Of a DNA stretch of 64,000 nt, positions 39,656 through 52,577 are shown piece by piece. The translations under genes and the position numbers were made by a program. The DNA is taken from positions 2,181 to 66,180 of the forward strand of contig JANXER010000003.1 in NCBI GenBank assembly GCA_025057955.1. The letters are read 5' to 3'. Every line of letters starts with the position of its first letter. The stretch's first letter is position 1. A model generated the notes under the pieces. It was given only the letters and a program-made list of their open reading frames with translations, was not told the DNA's origin and made no database searches. This DNA comes from Candidatus Methanomethylicaceae archaeon. Its GTDB lineage: Archaea > Thermoproteota > Methanomethylicia > Methanomethylicales > Methanomethylicaceae.

Positions 39656-42052
39656 TTGGAAAAGCTCTATTCACCAAGGACTATTGAAGAGAAATGGCAA
39701 AGGGCATGGCTATCGCCAGAGTATTACTCAGTTTTTAAATTTAAGAATGATGGAAGACCAACCTTTATAATAGATACTCCACCGCCCTTCACTTCAGGAG
39801 AATTGCACATGGGACATGCATATTGGAGTGTAATAAATGATACAATAGCCAGATATAAAAGAATGAAAGGCTTTGATGTTCTATTGCCACAAGGATGGGA
39901 TACACAAGGCTTACCTACTGAGCTTAAGGTTCAATATAAATGGAAAATACCCAAAGACAATAGAGAACTATTTAGAAGTAAGTGTATAGAATGGACGAAA
40001 ATTATGATAGAAAAAATGAAGGAAGGCATGATAAAGCTGGGCTATAGGCCAGATTGGGAGCAATTTGAATATAAAACCATGGATAGGGAATATTGGAGAG
40101 CTGTACAATATAGCTTAATATTGATGTTTGAGAAGGGATTAATCTATAAAAAGGAGTTTCCTGTACATTGGTGTAGTAAATGTGGCACTGCACTTGCTCA
40201 AGCAGAAACTGGTTATATTCAAAGAAAGGGGAAGTTATATTACATAAAGTTTAGGATGGATAATGGATATATTTTGATTGGAACTACTCGTCCAGAGCTT
40301 CTAAATGCTTGTGTAGCTATTGCAGTTAATCCAAAGGATGAAAGATATAAGAATATTATAGGAAAAGAGGTAGAAGTTCCAATATTTGGTCAAAAAGTAA
40401 GGATTTTGCAGGATGAAAACGTTGATCCAAAGTTTGGAACAGGAATTGTGATGATTTGCACATATGGTGATGAACAAGATATAAAGTGGCAGCAAAGGTA
40501 TAATTTACCAATAATAAAAGCAATAGATGAAGAAGGCAGAATGATAAATGCTAAGGAATATAATGGACTTAAAATCGAAGAGGCTAGGGAAAGAATTGCC
40601 AAAGATCTTAGGGATTTGGGATTTTTAGAAAAGGAAGAGGAAATTCTACATAATGTATTGGCACATACAGAGAGATCAGATTGTATGACACCCATAGAAT
40701 TCCTCATTAAGGATCAATGGTTCTTAAAATCAAAGGAACTAAAAGATATGGTAAAGGAAGAGGCAGAAAGAATGCAATGGATACCTAAATATATGAAACA
40801 ACGCTTAATAGATTGGATAAATAATATAGAATGGGATTGGGTAATATCAAGACAAAGAGTGTTTGGGACACCAATACCATTCTGGTATTGTAGAAACTGT
40901 GGTTTTATTATACCACCAAAAAAGGAAGATCTTCCAGTGGATACTACAAAGGATAAACCTCCAATAAATTATTGTCCAAACTGCAATAGTGAGGATATTA
41001 GTGGAACAAGCGATGTTTGTGATTGTTGGATAGATTCCAGCATTACTCCATTAATTATTACTGGATTCTTTAAAAATAAGGAAATATTTAATAAAGCATA
41101 TCCAGTGGATGTGAGACAGCAAGGCCATGATATTATAAGGACTTGGTTATATTATACTGTTTTGAGATGTAGAATTTTGACTAATAATGGTCCCTTCAAA
41201 AGCGTTGTAATAAATGGACACATTTTAGGACCAGATGGTTCAAGAATGTCCAAATCAAAGGGAAATGTAATAATGCCTGAGGAAGGCATATCAAAGTATG
41301 GAGCAGATTCTCTAAGACAAGCTCTCCTACTATTGACACTGGGTTCAGATTTTCCATTTAGATGGGAGCCAGTTAAATATGGAAAGTCCTTTCTACAAAA
41401 GCTTTGGTCTTCAGTAAGATTTGCAAGTCAATTTATTAATGATAAAATCGAGATAAATTATGAAAACTTAAGCGATATAGATAAATGGATTTTATCAAGG
41501 CTAAGAAATGTTATAAAAATAGTAAGTGAGGCTATGGAAAACTATCAATTCCATATTGCTGTTGATGCACTACAGCAATTTTATTGGCACGACTTTTGTG
41601 ATCAATATATTGAAGCAGTAAAACCAAGACTTTATAATTCAAAAAATCAAGATGATTTCAATACCGCAAGAGCCGTTATTTATAAAGTGATATGGGTTTT
41701 CATAAGAATGTTTGCACCAATATGCCCACATATAACCGAGGAAATATATCATAGAATATTCAAAGAATATGAAAAATTCATTTCAATAAACATAGCGCCA
41801 TATCCAACTATGAATGAAATTCCAGAATTGGATGGAGATAATGGAGAGAAGGTAATAAAAATAATAGCAAAACTTAGAACAAAGAAAGTGGAGAGAAGAG
41901 TTTCACTATCCTCACCCATAAAATATGCAGTAGTAAAAGATAGAAAAGAGATGCTTGATGCTTATAGAAGAAATGAGTGGCTAATTAAGGAAGTTCTTCA
42001 TATAGAGAAAATAGATTTCTTAGAAGGAGAGCCAAGTCTGGAACTAGAGTAG
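39656..42052 (+). CDS. valS: Valyl-tRNA synthetase (class I)
   Basis: PPPFTSGELHMGHA (ValRS-type PPP..TG.LH.GH), ...WVISRQRVFGTPIP..., KMSKS as RMSKSKGN; 798 aa. Confidence 0.8.
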   Translation: MEKLYSPRTIEEKWQRAWLSPEYYSVFKFKNDGRPTFIIDTPPPFTSGELHMGHAYWSVINDTIARYKRMKGFDVLLPQGWDTQGLPTELKVQYKWKIPKDNRELFRSKCIEWTKIMIEKMKEGMIKLGYRPDWEQFEYKTMDREYWRAVQYSLILMFEKGLIYKKEFPVHWCSKCGTALAQAETGYIQRKGKLYYIKFRMDNGYILIGTTRPELLNACVAIAVNPKDERYKNIIGKEVEVPIFGQKVRILQDENVDPKFGTGIVMICTYGDEQDIKWQQRYNLPIIKAIDEEGRMINAKEYNGLKIEEARERIAKDLRDLGFLEKEEEILHNVLAHTERSDCMTPIEFLIKDQWFLKSKELKDMVKEEAERMQWIPKYMKQRLIDWINNIEWDWVISRQRVFGTPIPFWYCRNCGFIIPPKKEDLPVDTTKDKPPINYCPNCNSEDISGTSDVCDCWIDSSITPLIITGFFKNKEIFNKAYPVDVRQQGHDIIRTWLYYTVLRCRILTNNGPFKSVVINGHILGPDGSRMSKSKGNVIMPEEGISKYGADSLRQALLLLTLGSDFPFRWEPVKYGKSFLQKLWSSVRFASQFINDKIEINYENLSDIDKWILSRLRNVIKIVSEAMENYQFHIAVDALQQFYWHDFCDQYIEAVKPRLYNSKNQDDFNTARAVIYKVIWVFIRMFAPICPHITEEIYHRIFKEYEKFISINIAPYPTMNEIPELDGDNGEKVIKIIAKLRTKKVERRVSLSSPIKYAVVKDRKEMLDAYRRNEWLIKEVLHIEKIDFLEGEPSLELE

Positions 42053-42580
42053 AATTTCAGCATTAGAGAGAGCTATTTTTATTATTTTTGATCCATCCTT
42101 TCTTATATAGCCTCCATGCCCTGGAAATATGGATTCAATTTTTAAGGATGAGAGAAGACGAAGGCTACTCTTCATATCATCATTGTTCCCTCCAGGAAGA
42201 TCTGTTCTACCAAAACATCCATCAGAAAATACAGTATCTCCGCTTATTAGAAAAGCCTCAGACTCTGAATAGAAGCATGTGCTTCCAGGGGTATGACCGG
42301 GGGTGTGTATTGATCTTAATCCAAATTCCTCAAGAAGTTTTTCACCATCATGAATATCCAAAACTGAATTCACATGCAATAAATAAAGATCGCTATAGTC
42401 AATATAACACTTGATATTATATCTATTGAGGGAGCATATGCCCATTACATGATCAAAGTGTCCATGAGTAAGAAAGGCACCAACTATTTTTTCCCTATTT
42501 ATGCCAGCCTTTACTAAAAAATCTATGAGATCTGGATGTCCACTAGTATCAAATATACAATATTTATCATTTGACTTCAA
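42044..42580 (-). CDS. Metallo-beta-lactamase-fold hydrolase; N-terminus probably extends upstream of the annotated TTG
   Basis: THGHFDH zinc motif, ...HTPGHTPGS..., C-terminal ...GHGG.... The in-frame upstream sequence encodes LIIIHEESFEGVGLSSNVYIL, which looks like the first MBL beta-strands. Confidence 0.7.
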   Translation of the reverse strand: MKSNDKYCIFDTSGHPDLIDFLVKAGINREKIVGAFLTHGHFDHVMGICSLNRYNIKCYIDYSDLYLLHVNSVLDIHDGEKLLEEFGLRSIHTPGHTPGSTCFYSESEAFLISGDTVFSDGCFGRTDLPGGNNDDMKSSLRLLSSLKIESIFPGHGGYIRKDGSKIIKIALSNAEILL

Positions 42581-42660
42581 TATATAAACATTGGAGGATA
42601 ATCCTACCCCTTCAAAGGATTCCTCATGAATTATAATTAGTTTATCTAGCTCCGATGTAA

Positions 42661-44124
42661 TCAGCCCTTGGTCACCCCTATTGGAATCATTCTCGCCACA
42701 AGTGTAGCAATTCCAAGCTTATGAGAAACCTCTGCTACTCTATCCACATCCTTGTATGCTCCTGGCGCTTCCTCGGCTATAACTCTTATATTAGCTGCTC
42801 TAATCAAAACTCCCTTATTTTCTAACTCTCGCTTAACTTCATTGCCCCAATATTTCTTCATAGCAGCTTCCCTACTAAGATATCTTCCTGCTCCATGAGC
42901 AGTAGATCCCCAGCTTAGTTCCATAGCTGCTGGTGCACCCAAGAGTAAGTAAGATGCAGTACCCATGCTTCCAGGTATTATGACCGGTTGACCTATATCC
43001 CTATACTCTTGAGGAAGTTCAGGGCGACCTGCAGGAAAAGCTCTAGTGGCACCCTTTCTATGAACATAAACGATCCTTCTCTTTCCATCATAAATATGTT
43101 CTTCTCTCTTTGCTAAATTATGTGCAACATCATAAACTAAATGCATTCCTAGTTTTTCAGGATCCATCTTGAATACTTTTTGAAAAGCCTCCCTCGTCCA
43201 ATGTGTAATACATTGTCTATTTGCCCATGCGTAATTGCATGCTGCAGACATAGCTGCAAAATAATCTCTGGCCTCTGGACTGTTAGCAGGAGCACAAGCA
43301 AGCTCCCTATCTGGAATTTTTATCTTATATTTTGAAACAGCATGATCCATTACATGAAGATAATCGCTACAAACCTGATGACCTAATCCTCTACTTCCTG
43401 AATGTATCATTACTACTACTTGACCTTCATGTTCTATTCCAAAAGCCTTAGCAACCCTTTGATCATAAATTTTGTTTACTACTTGAACCTCAAGGAAGTG
43501 GTTTCCACTTCCAAGCGTACCAAGCTGACTTGCTCCTCTGGATTTCGCACTAGAAGATACCTTAGTATGATCTGCAGTTTTCATGCAACCCTCTTCCTCA
43601 CATCTTCTAGCATCTTCATCCCAACCATATCCTTGCTCTATCGCCCATTGAACACCCATCTCAAGCACACGATTTTGTTGCGTTGTATCTAAACGTATTC
43701 CACCCTTACTTCCAAGGCCAGATGGAACTAAGTCGAATAGAGCATCTATCAATTTAGAGAGATGAGGGCGAACATCCTTTATGTCTAGATTAGTTAATAC
43801 TAACCTAACTCCACAATTAATATCATATCCAACTCCACCAGGGGAGATTACTCCCTCCTCTGCATCAAAAGCTGCAACACCACCTATTGGAAATCCATAG
43901 CCTTGATGTCCATCTGGCATTGTAATTGAATATTTTAAGATTCCAGGAAGATGTGCAACATTTGCACATTGCTGAAGTGTTAAATCCTCCTTCATTTTTT
44001 CAAGAAGATATTCATCTGCATACACTCTGCAAGGAACCCTCATATTTGGATTATAACTCTTTGGAATTTCCCAAATGTACTCATCTATTTTTTTAAGTGG
44101 AATGTTTGTCATGTCCATCACCAA
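42661..44124 (-). CDS. rtcB: RNA-splicing ligase RtcB (3'-phosphate/5'-OH tRNA ligase)
   Basis: 487 aa, no intein; RtcB motifs (...[10 protein letters not shown]..., ...[11 protein letters not shown]..., ...HGAGR...). Confidence 0.95.
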   Translation of the reverse strand: MVMDMTNIPLKKIDEYIWEIPKSYNPNMRVPCRVYADEYLLEKMKEDLTLQQCANVAHLPGILKYSITMPDGHQGYGFPIGGVAAFDAEEGVISPGGVGYDINCGVRLVLTNLDIKDVRPHLSKLIDALFDLVPSGLGSKGGIRLDTTQQNRVLEMGVQWAIEQGYGWDEDARRCEEEGCMKTADHTKVSSSAKSRGASQLGTLGSGNHFLEVQVVNKIYDQRVAKAFGIEHEGQVVVMIHSGSRGLGHQVCSDYLHVMDHAVSKYKIKIPDRELACAPANSPEARDYFAAMSAACNYAWANRQCITHWTREAFQKVFKMDPEKLGMHLVYDVAHNLAKREEHIYDGKRRIVYVHRKGATRAFPAGRPELPQEYRDIGQPVIIPGSMGTASYLLLGAPAAMELSWGSTAHGAGRYLSREAAMKKYWGNEVKRELENKGVLIRAANIRVIAEEAPGAYKDVDRVAEVSHKLGIATLVARMIPIGVTKG

Positions 44125-44193
44125 TAAATCATAAATATTTTTCCTTAATTGTAATATAGTAAGGATATAATTAAATTTTAATGAGGATGAAGT

Positions 44194-44616
44194 ATGGTAT
44201 ATTATTACTTAGATCATACATCTGACGTCTATATTCATGTAATATCAAACAAATTAGAGGGAATATTTGAAGATGCAGCAAAGGCTACCTTTGAAATTAT
44301 GATAGATACATCAAGTGTAGAAGAAAAAGAGATTATAGATTTAGAGGTTGAAGGGAAGGATCTTGAACAATTGCTCTATAAGTGGATAGATTGTATTTTA
44401 CTTATATTCGATTCGAAAAGCTTTGCTCTTAATAGAGCTAAAGTTGAAGAAATAAAGAAGAACGAAAACTATCATATAAAAGCAAAGCTCTATGGAGAAG
44501 AGTACGATCCAAAAAAGCACGATCATAGAACTGGAGTTAAAGCTATGACCTACTCCTTAATGAGGATATTTAAGAGCAATGATCATTGGGAAGCTTATTT
44601 TGTAGTAGATATATAA
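44194..44616 (+). CDS. Archease (RtcB activator)
   Basis: [14 protein letters not shown]...[16 protein letters not shown] matches the archease N-terminal signature; divergent from rtcB. Confidence 0.85.
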   Translation: MVYYYLDHTSDVYIHVISNKLEGIFEDAAKATFEIMIDTSSVEEKEIIDLEVEGKDLEQLLYKWIDCILLIFDSKSFALNRAKVEEIKKNENYHIKAKLYGEEYDPKKHDHRTGVKAMTYSLMRIFKSNDHWEAYFVVDI

Positions 44617-44651
44617 AAGAATTTAACACTGAAAGTATTATTAAATAATGG

Positions 44652-44756
44652 GCCGGGGTGGCTGAGTGGTTAAGGCGCCGGCCTCGAGATCTCATAAAAG
44701 GGACAGGTGAGCCGGTCCCCCTATGGGGGTCAAGGGTTCGAATCCCTTCCCCGGCG
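44652..44756 (+). tRNA. tRNA-Ser (anticodon CGA), type II, with a ~21-nt canonical (37/38) intron at about 44689..44709; CCA not encoded
   Basis: Acceptor GCCGGGG/CCCCGGC, G73, anticodon stem CCGGC/GCCGG with loop CUCGAG[intron]A, variable arm CCCCC-UAU-GGGGG, T-arm AAGGGUUCGAAUCCCUU. Confidence 0.85.
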
Positions 44757-44767
44757 CCCCTTTTTGG
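44757..44767 (+). terminator. Oligo-T stretch immediately after tRNA-Ser(CGA)
   Basis: ccccTTTTTgg directly 3' of the tRNA; archaeal terminators are simple T-runs. Confidence 0.4.
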
Positions 44768-45269
44768 TTTAGAATCACTTAAGTCCTCAGGATTCATTTA
44801 GGTGAAATAAGAAGTAGGATATATAATTATGAGGATATATTGAGGAGATATAGGCATTTAATCGCTAGATTGTGTTTCTATCAAGCTGCTTTTTAGTATA
44901 TTTTCTTCAATTCCATTCTCAATTTTTATAATGATTGCTTAAATTTTAAAGGAGTGAAAACTTTAAATGTACCTTTAGCCATTCAGGCTACGGCTTTTAA
45001 CTATCATGACCGACGTTGCTATCAATATCAGGCCATAGACTAATAGAAGCAGCAAAAGTTTGTCCATTAATGAAGATAGTTCTTTGAGCCATTCATTTAT
45101 GACGTTAATGCCTTCGTAGGCAGTTATTTTTGAGTGATCCACATCCAATATAGCGTTTCTAATAGCATCTCGAACAAGGGAAGTTATAACACCCTGAAAG
45201 ACTACATCCTAAAAAGGAGAAAAGGAGAAAGATGAAAATCGCAATGGAATTAAAGCTAAAATAATCTCC

Positions 45270-45578
45270 TTAAACCAATTCAATCTCAATATAAACATTA
45301 TCTGGTATTTGTATACGCATCATTTGACGCATTGTGCGCTCATCGGCATCTATATCAATTAGGCGCTTATGAATGCGCATTTCCCATTTTTCCCAAGTTT
45401 TAGTACCTTCACCAGCGGTGGGTCTAAAGGAAGGTACTATGAGTTTTTTTGTTGGAAGTGGAATTGGTCCAGACATCTTCACTCCAGTCTTCTCTACAAT
45501 TCTCTTAATTTGTGCGCATACATCTTCTAATTTCTTATAATCGGTGCTGCTCAAAAATATTCTAGCTTTTTGAGGCAT
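45270..45578 (-). CDS. rps10: 30S ribosomal protein S10 (uS10)
   Basis: S10 family sequence, downstream of tuf. Confidence 0.95.
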   Translation of the reverse strand: MPQKARIFLSSTDYKKLEDVCAQIKRIVEKTGVKMSGPIPLPTKKLIVPSFRPTAGEGTKTWEKWEMRIHKRLIDIDADERTMRQMMRIQIPDNVYIEIELV

Positions 45579-45600
45579 TTAATCATAACCTCAAAAAAGT

Positions 45601-46911
45601 TTATTTGGTGAGGGTTGCTGGCTTAACCTCGACCACTATGCCTGCAGCAATAGTTCTTCCCATGTCTCTTATAGCAAACCTTCCAAGTTGTGGAATGTCC
45701 TGATAAACTTCTAAAGCCACTGGCTTAATTGGTTTAAATGTTACAATAGCACTATCACCTTGTTTTAAGAAGCTTGGTTTATCTTCAATTACAGCTCCAG
45801 TTTTTGGATCAATTTTCTTTTCAAGCTCTAGGAAAGTGGTTGCCATTGTTGCTGTATGAACATGAAGTACAGGAGTATAGCCTGCAGCAATTGCAGTTGG
45901 ATGATATAATACGAATATTCTACCCTTGAAAGTCTCAGCTACTGTGGGTGGTTTATTGAGATCTCCACAAACATCTCCTCTTTTTATATCAGTTTTTGCT
46001 AATCCTTTCACGTTAAATCCAATGTTATCCCCTGGGAGGGCTTCATCAATTCTAACATGATGAGTTTCTATAGATTTTACCTCACCGACTTTATTTGCAG
46101 GCATGAATATAACATTCATTCCAATTTTCATTATTCCTGTTTCAACTCTTCCAACTGGAACCGTGCCAACTCCAGTAATAGAGTATACATCCTGTATTGG
46201 AACGCGCAGTGGCTTGTTAATTGGCTTCTCTGGAGGGATGAAGGAATCTAAAGCTTCAAATAGAGTTGGTCCCTTGTACCAAGGAGTATTTTGACTTGAT
46301 TTCATAATATTATCTCCCTTCCATCCAGATATAGGTATGGCGCTAATCTTCGAAGTATCATAGCCTATCATCTTAAGGAACTTAAATACACCATCCTTAA
46401 CTTCATTATATCTCTTCTCATCATAATTCACTGTAGCATCATCCATTTTGTTCACTACTAGAATTAGCTGATTTATACCTAGGGTTTTAGCTAGAAATGC
46501 ATGTTCTCTTGTTTGACCGCCTGCGCTCATTCCAGCTTCATATTCACCTCTCTTCGCAGAAACTACAAGAATTGCACAATCAGCTTGAGAGGCGCCTGTT
46601 ATCATGTTCTTTACGAAGTCCCTGTGACCGGGAGCATCTATTATAGTGAAGAAGTACTTTGGAGTTTCGAATTTCCAGAAGGATAAATCAATGGTCATAT
46701 CTCGCTCTCTTTCTTCCTTCAATTTATCCCCAAGCCAAGCAAATTTTGCAAACTCCTTACCAGACTTCTTTGCTTCTTCCTCTAATGAAACTAAGTATCT
46801 TGGATCAAGGTTTCCCGCAAGAAATAATAAGTGGCCTACTAAAGTGCTCTTTCCATGATCTACATGCCCCATTACAAGCAAGTTCAAATGTTCTTTCCTT
46901 TGGGAAGACAT
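45601..46911 (-). CDS. tuf: Elongation factor 1-alpha (aEF-Tu)
   Basis: [22 protein letters not shown]-motifs; 436 aa. Confidence 0.95.
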   Translation of the reverse strand: MSSQRKEHLNLLVMGHVDHGKSTLVGHLLFLAGNLDPRYLVSLEEEAKKSGKEFAKFAWLGDKLKEERERDMTIDLSFWKFETPKYFFTIIDAPGHRDFVKNMITGASQADCAILVVSAKRGEYEAGMSAGGQTREHAFLAKTLGINQLILVVNKMDDATVNYDEKRYNEVKDGVFKFLKMIGYDTSKISAIPISGWKGDNIMKSSQNTPWYKGPTLFEALDSFIPPEKPINKPLRVPIQDVYSITGVGTVPVGRVETGIMKIGMNVIFMPANKVGEVKSIETHHVRIDEALPGDNIGFNVKGLAKTDIKRGDVCGDLNKPPTVAETFKGRIFVLYHPTAIAAGYTPVLHVHTATMATTFLELEKKIDPKTGAVIEDKPSFLKQGDSAIVTFKPIKPVALEVYQDIPQLGRFAIRDMGRTIAAGIVVEVKPATLTK

Positions 46912-46975
46912 TAAATACCACCTTCTATAGACAGTTTAATGTTAAGACCTACTAGTAATATATAAAGTTTAGGAA

Positions 46976-47536
46976 TTATCTAGCTGACATTGCAATACGT
47001 TCTATTTCTTCTCTTTTCTGTATACTATAGCTCTTAGGATCGTTATTTGCAGCCATTATAATTTCATCAGCAAGACATTCATCAATTGGTTTATTACTAC
47101 CAAAAGATGCCATTCTCGCTCCTTCAGTTATGAACCTAAGAGCTAAATCCAATCTGCGTTGAGGTGAGGGATCAACAGATTGAGGATAAATTATACCTCC
47201 ATAAGTTATTCTAGTAATTTCCTCCTTTGGAGCTGCATTCTCTAAAGCTCTAACTAGTACTTGAATGGGATTTTCGCCAGTTTTAAGATTTATTATCTCA
47301 AATGCATTTTCAACTATGCTCATAGCTAGAGCTTTCTTTCCTCCATTCTTGCCCGGACGCATCATTTTATTTATTAATCTTTCTACAATACAAACTTTCG
47401 CCTTTCCAAAAGGTCTATGTTCATGCCTTCCACCAGAATGTGGAAGATATCTTGGAGTTAAGCAAATATAAGCCTTTAATCCAAGATCTCTAACTTGAAC
47501 ATTTGAGAGATCCCACTTGCCAAATAGTTTTGTCAT
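46976..47536 (-). CDS. rps7: 30S ribosomal protein S7 (uS7)
   Basis: S7 family sequence. Confidence 0.95.
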   Translation of the reverse strand: MTKLFGKWDLSNVQVRDLGLKAYICLTPRYLPHSGGRHEHRPFGKAKVCIVERLINKMMRPGKNGGKKALAMSIVENAFEIINLKTGENPIQVLVRALENAAPKEEITRITYGGIIYPQSVDPSPQRRLDLALRFITEGARMASFGSNKPIDECLADEIIMAANNDPKSYSIQKREEIERIAMSAR

Positions 47537-47540
47537 AAAT

Positions 47541-47993
47541 TCACCTCACAGGCTTCTGTTTCTTGCCAGTCATGAGAGCGTGAAGGGAAACTCCATTAAC
47601 CTTTACAACCTTCCATCTAACTCCAGGAAGATCTCCATAAGCTTTTCCCATTGGTCCACCAATTCCCTCAACAATTACTTCATCATGTTCATCCACAAAA
47701 TTTAATGCTCCATCGCCAGGAAGAAATGCGGTTATTTGTTTACCATTCTTAATTAATTGAACTCTAACACATTTTCTAACTGCGCTATTGGGTTGCCTAC
47801 TTTCTATACCTACTTTTTCAAGTACAATACCTCTAGCTTGAGGGGCCCCCTCTAAGGGATCAGCCTTCTCATCCAACCTAAGCATTCTTCTCTTATATTG
47901 CCTAAGGTGCCATCTAAACTTCTTTCTCTTAAGTACTAATTTCCTACCTGCGAATAAACCCTTAGGCGACTTTGATCCTGGCATAAGTTGCAC
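47541..47993 (-). CDS. rps12: 30S ribosomal protein S12 (uS12)
   Basis: ...[13 protein letters not shown]... S12 signature. Confidence 0.95.
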   Translation of the reverse strand: MQLMPGSKSPKGLFAGRKLVLKRKKFRWHLRQYKRRMLRLDEKADPLEGAPQARGIVLEKVGIESRQPNSAVRKCVRVQLIKNGKQITAFLPGDGALNFVDEHDEVIVEGIGGPMGKAYGDLPGVRWKVVKVNGVSLHALMTGKKQKPVR

Positions 47994-48038
47994 CTTTGTC
48001 TTCGTTAAATATTCCCCAAGTATTTAACTTTGTCGGAC

Positions 48039-48473
48039 TTAGAGAATTATAACATTATCAATATCAAAATATCTCTTCATTAATAATCTTGCTTTTGCAA
48101 CATTTCTTCCATTCTTACCAATAGCAATACCCTTATCTTTCGGATCAACAGTCACTTGCATTAGTTTATTTTCGCTTGAATCCCTAGTTATCTTAACAGC
48201 TCTAACTTTAGCTGGAGCAACTATATTTTTAACAAAATTTTCAGGATCTTCTGCATATTCTACTAGCTCTATATTCTTTCCAATGAATTTTTTTGCTTTT
48301 TCAATATTAACACCATTCTTACCAATTGCTAGTCCCATATCTCCAGGACGAATTACAAAAATTATTCTATTCTCCTTGGGTTCATAGATGCAATCCTTTG
48401 CAACAGCACCAGTTAGTGTCTCGAATAATGCTATATAACGCATTTCATCTGCTGTCAATTTTATATTTGACAA
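48039..48473 (-). CDS. nusA: Transcription termination/antitermination factor NusA (archaeal two-KH form)
   Basis: Two KH GxxG motifs (IGKNG x2); 144 aa; positioned between L30e and S12. Confidence 0.9.
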   Translation of the reverse strand: MSNIKLTADEMRYIALFETLTGAVAKDCIYEPKENRIIFVIRPGDMGLAIGKNGVNIEKAKKFIGKNIELVEYAEDPENFVKNIVAPAKVRAVKITRDSSENKLMQVTVDPKDKGIAIGKNGRNVAKARLLMKRYFDIDNVIIL

Positions 48474-48474
48474 A

Positions 48475-48768
48475 TTATTTCACCTCCTCTAGTATAGAAG
48501 ATTCTCCAGGATCGATGATTGCTATTGAAGTTATTGTATGAGGTCTTCCACAAACACTTCCTAAATCCCAGCTTGATCCTGGAAAAGTGAAAATTGGAAT
48601 AGAGTTTCCTGCAGCTTGTTTTATTTTTATTGCCATCTTCTCAGGTATATTAGATGCCATTATTATTAATTTTGCATGCTTTCTATTTATAGCTTTAATG
48701 GTAGTTCTATAACCTATTTCAACTTTGCCAGTGTTCATTGCAACCTTCAGTTCCTTGGCTAAATCCAT
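48475..48768 (-). CDS. rpl30e: 50S ribosomal protein L30e
   Basis: L30e/L7Ae-fold sequence. Confidence 0.9.
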   Translation of the reverse strand: MDLAKELKVAMNTGKVEIGYRTTIKAINRKHAKLIIMASNIPEKMAIKIKQAAGNSIPIFTFPGSSWDLGSVCGRPHTITSIAIIDPGESSILEEVK

Positions 48769-48770
48769 AT

Positions 48771-49928
<1,158 letters not shown>

Positions 49929-49931
49929 TTA

Positions 49932-52577
49932 CTATGCCCCCATCATTTTTTCAATAATCTTATCAATGTTAACAGCTTTTCCATGATCGCTTTTAGCAGG
50001 ATCTACACCATCTTCACCATACTTAAACTGAACCACCAATCCATTTGTAGTACGAACAGTGCCATCATATTCTGCTCTTAAGTCTTGTAGAGCATTAATA
50101 AGCCTTCTCTGCATATATCCGCTTTGACTTGTCCTAACTGCAGTATCAACCAAACCCTCTCTTCCACCCATGGAATGGAAGAAGAACTCTATAGGATTCA
50201 ATCTATCCTTATAACTACTATATACAAACCCATGGGCCTTTGCACCTAGATCTCCTGGCTTGAAGTGGGGAAGAGATCTATTGTAATAACCTCTATGTAT
50301 TCTTTCACCCCTGATAGATTGTTGCCCAACACATGCCATTATGTGAGCTAGGTTCATTAAGCTACCTCTAGCACCAGTCCTCGCCATTATTAATGCGGAA
50401 TTCTTTTCACTTAAGTATTGACTTGCAATTTCACCAGCCTTCTCCCTTGCTTCTTCTAGAACCTGCATAATTTTTGTTTCCAATGTTTCTTCAAGAGTTC
50501 TTCCAGGCAGCCTCTCTAGAAGCCCATCATTATATATCTGAATGAGTTTCATAGTTTTCTGTTCTGCTTCTTCAATAATTACTCTTATTCTATCTTTTGC
50601 CTCCCTAGGCAGTTCCTCCTCATCAATTCCTATTGTAAATCCTTTTCCATCAATAAAGGTAAGGAATAACCTAAAGGCTTTATCCATGAACTCTTTAGCA
50701 ACATCAGTGCCATAATCCTTCACGAGTCTATGAAGGACACTCTCTGGTTGACCAGCGCCTATTATCTTTTTATCTAGAACGCCTGATATAAGTAGACCAT
50801 TGCGTATTATTACATATGCATCATAAGGACAATCCTCCTTTTTGCAATAATCACATTTATTACAAACATTAGCTCTTCCCACAAAATTAAAATCCTTTGG
50901 TAGGAATAGGCTTACTAATTGCTTTCCTGTCCAGCGCTCCTCAGGTTCCTTTATTGCAGGGGGAGGAAGTTCACCTTCATAATTAGAATTAATTAAAAGT
51001 TGAGAAACCTCTTCCCTTGTCAATAATGTATCCTTTCGAGTAAGCAAATATGCGCCGGAAATGTAATCTTGTATTGCTCCAATAATAGGACCACCATATC
51101 TTGGTGATAGAATTTGCTCTTGAACTAACATAAGGATGAGGGCTTCAGCTCTTGCTTCCTCACTCTGTGGTACATGAAGATTCATTTCATCCCCATCAAA
51201 ATCAGCATTATAAGGTGGACAGACGCAGAGATTTAGTCTGAAGGTCTTATATGGAAGCACTCTGACCTTATGGGCCATAATTGACATTCTATGGAGCGAG
51301 GGTTGTCTATTGAATAATACTATATCTCCATCTCTAATATGTCTTTCAACAATGTAACCTATATCAAGTGATTCAGCAATAGCCTTTCTATCCTTTGGAA
51401 ATCTTAAATCAATTCTTCTCCCATCTGGTCTTATAATATAATTTGCTCCTGGGTGAATGTCTGGACCATTTTCAATAAGCTTTTTCATTTCTTGAATGTT
51501 TAGTTTTGTAACTCTTTCGGGAATTGTGAGAATCTTGGCAACATCGAGTGGAACCCCTACTTCATTAATGCTAAGATATGGATCGGGAGATATTACAGTT
51601 CTTGCAGAAAAGTCCACTCTTTTACCAGACAAATTAGAACGAAAACGCCCTTCTTTACCTTTCAATCTTTGAGCTATGGTTCTTAGCGGTCTGCCTGATC
51701 TATGTCTCGCTGGAGGGATGCCAGAAGTTTCATTATCGAAATATGTAGTAACATGATATTGTAGCAATTCCCATAAATCTTCTATGATCAATTGAGGAGC
51801 TCCAGCATCAATATTCTCCTTAAGTCGCTCATTTATTCTAATAATATCTACTAATTTATGAGTAAGATCATCCTCAGATCTCACTCCAGATTCTAGGGTT
51901 ATAGATGGTCTTACAGAAGAAGGAGGCACTGGAAGAACTGTAAGTACCATCCATTCTGGTCTAGCAACATTAGGATCAAGTCCTAGAAGCTCAACATCTT
52001 GATCTGGAATTTTTTCTAATCTAGTTCTTACTTCACTTGGAGTAAGCTTAATATTTCCTTCGGGATGCTCCTCGTAGTAGGTAGTGGGCTTTTCAAATTT
52101 AATTTTATATTGCTTACGGCCACAATATGGACATTCTTGAAGTTTTGTCTTTTTGATTATTTTATCAGTAATCTTGTAGCAGAGATGAGGCCAACGTTCC
52201 TTGTACTTCTTCATCAGTCTAGAGTACTTCTCATAATCTTCTTTAGTAAGCAATATTCTTCCACAATTCCAACAAGTTGATTTTAATATGAGAAATATAT
52301 TTTTGGCAAAGCCAGAATGTATAACTGGCCTAGCAAGTTCTATATGACCAAAGTGACCAGGACATTGTCCAACACGATTCCCACATGTTTGGCATTTCTG
52401 TCCAGGATCAATTACCCCCAATCGTCTATCCATTAATCCACCATCTATTGGAAGGCCATCCTCATCATAAGTATCAGCTGTTACAATATTAACCACAGAC
52501 ATCTTTCTTATTTCCTCTGGAGAAAGAAGGCCAAATTTTATAGACTTTATGGATTTTGTTAGACTACTCATCTTCAC
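49932..52577 (-). CDS. rpoA1: DNA-directed RNA polymerase subunit A' (Rpo1N)
   Basis: Zinc-binding N-terminus Cxx[11 protein letters not shown] catalytic motif; 881 aa. Confidence 0.95.
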   Translation of the reverse strand: MKMSSLTKSIKSIKFGLLSPEEIRKMSVVNIVTADTYDEDGLPIDGGLMDRRLGVIDPGQKCQTCGNRVGQCPGHFGHIELARPVIHSGFAKNIFLILKSTCWNCGRILLTKEDYEKYSRLMKKYKERWPHLCYKITDKIIKKTKLQECPYCGRKQYKIKFEKPTTYYEEHPEGNIKLTPSEVRTRLEKIPDQDVELLGLDPNVARPEWMVLTVLPVPPSSVRPSITLESGVRSEDDLTHKLVDIIRINERLKENIDAGAPQLIIEDLWELLQYHVTTYFDNETSGIPPARHRSGRPLRTIAQRLKGKEGRFRSNLSGKRVDFSARTVISPDPYLSINEVGVPLDVAKILTIPERVTKLNIQEMKKLIENGPDIHPGANYIIRPDGRRIDLRFPKDRKAIAESLDIGYIVERHIRDGDIVLFNRQPSLHRMSIMAHKVRVLPYKTFRLNLCVCPPYNADFDGDEMNLHVPQSEEARAEALILMLVQEQILSPRYGGPIIGAIQDYISGAYLLTRKDTLLTREEVSQLLINSNYEGELPPPAIKEPEERWTGKQLVSLFLPKDFNFVGRANVCNKCDYCKKEDCPYDAYVIIRNGLLISGVLDKKIIGAGQPESVLHRLVKDYGTDVAKEFMDKAFRLFLTFIDGKGFTIGIDEEELPREAKDRIRVIIEEAEQKTMKLIQIYNDGLLERLPGRTLEETLETKIMQVLEEAREKAGEIASQYLSEKNSALIMARTGARGSLMNLAHIMACVGQQSIRGERIHRGYYNRSLPHFKPGDLGAKAHGFVYSSYKDRLNPIEFFFHSMGGREGLVDTAVRTSQSGYMQRRLINALQDLRAEYDGTVRTTNGLVVQFKYGEDGVDPAKSDHGKAVNIDKIIEKMMGA

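Noticed and set aside
44570-44797. A 75-aa minus-strand ORF from the ORF track.
   Set aside because: It lies entirely over tRNA-Ser(CGA) and its flank, and its high GC is explained by the tRNA itself.
44760-44975. The possibility that the SRP (7S) RNA, which is often tRNA-Ser-adjacent in archaea, is encoded in the quiet region.
   Set aside because: The region is AT-rich, whereas stable RNAs of this organism (the tRNAs) are strongly GC-rich. No conserved SRP helix-8 motifs were recognisable.
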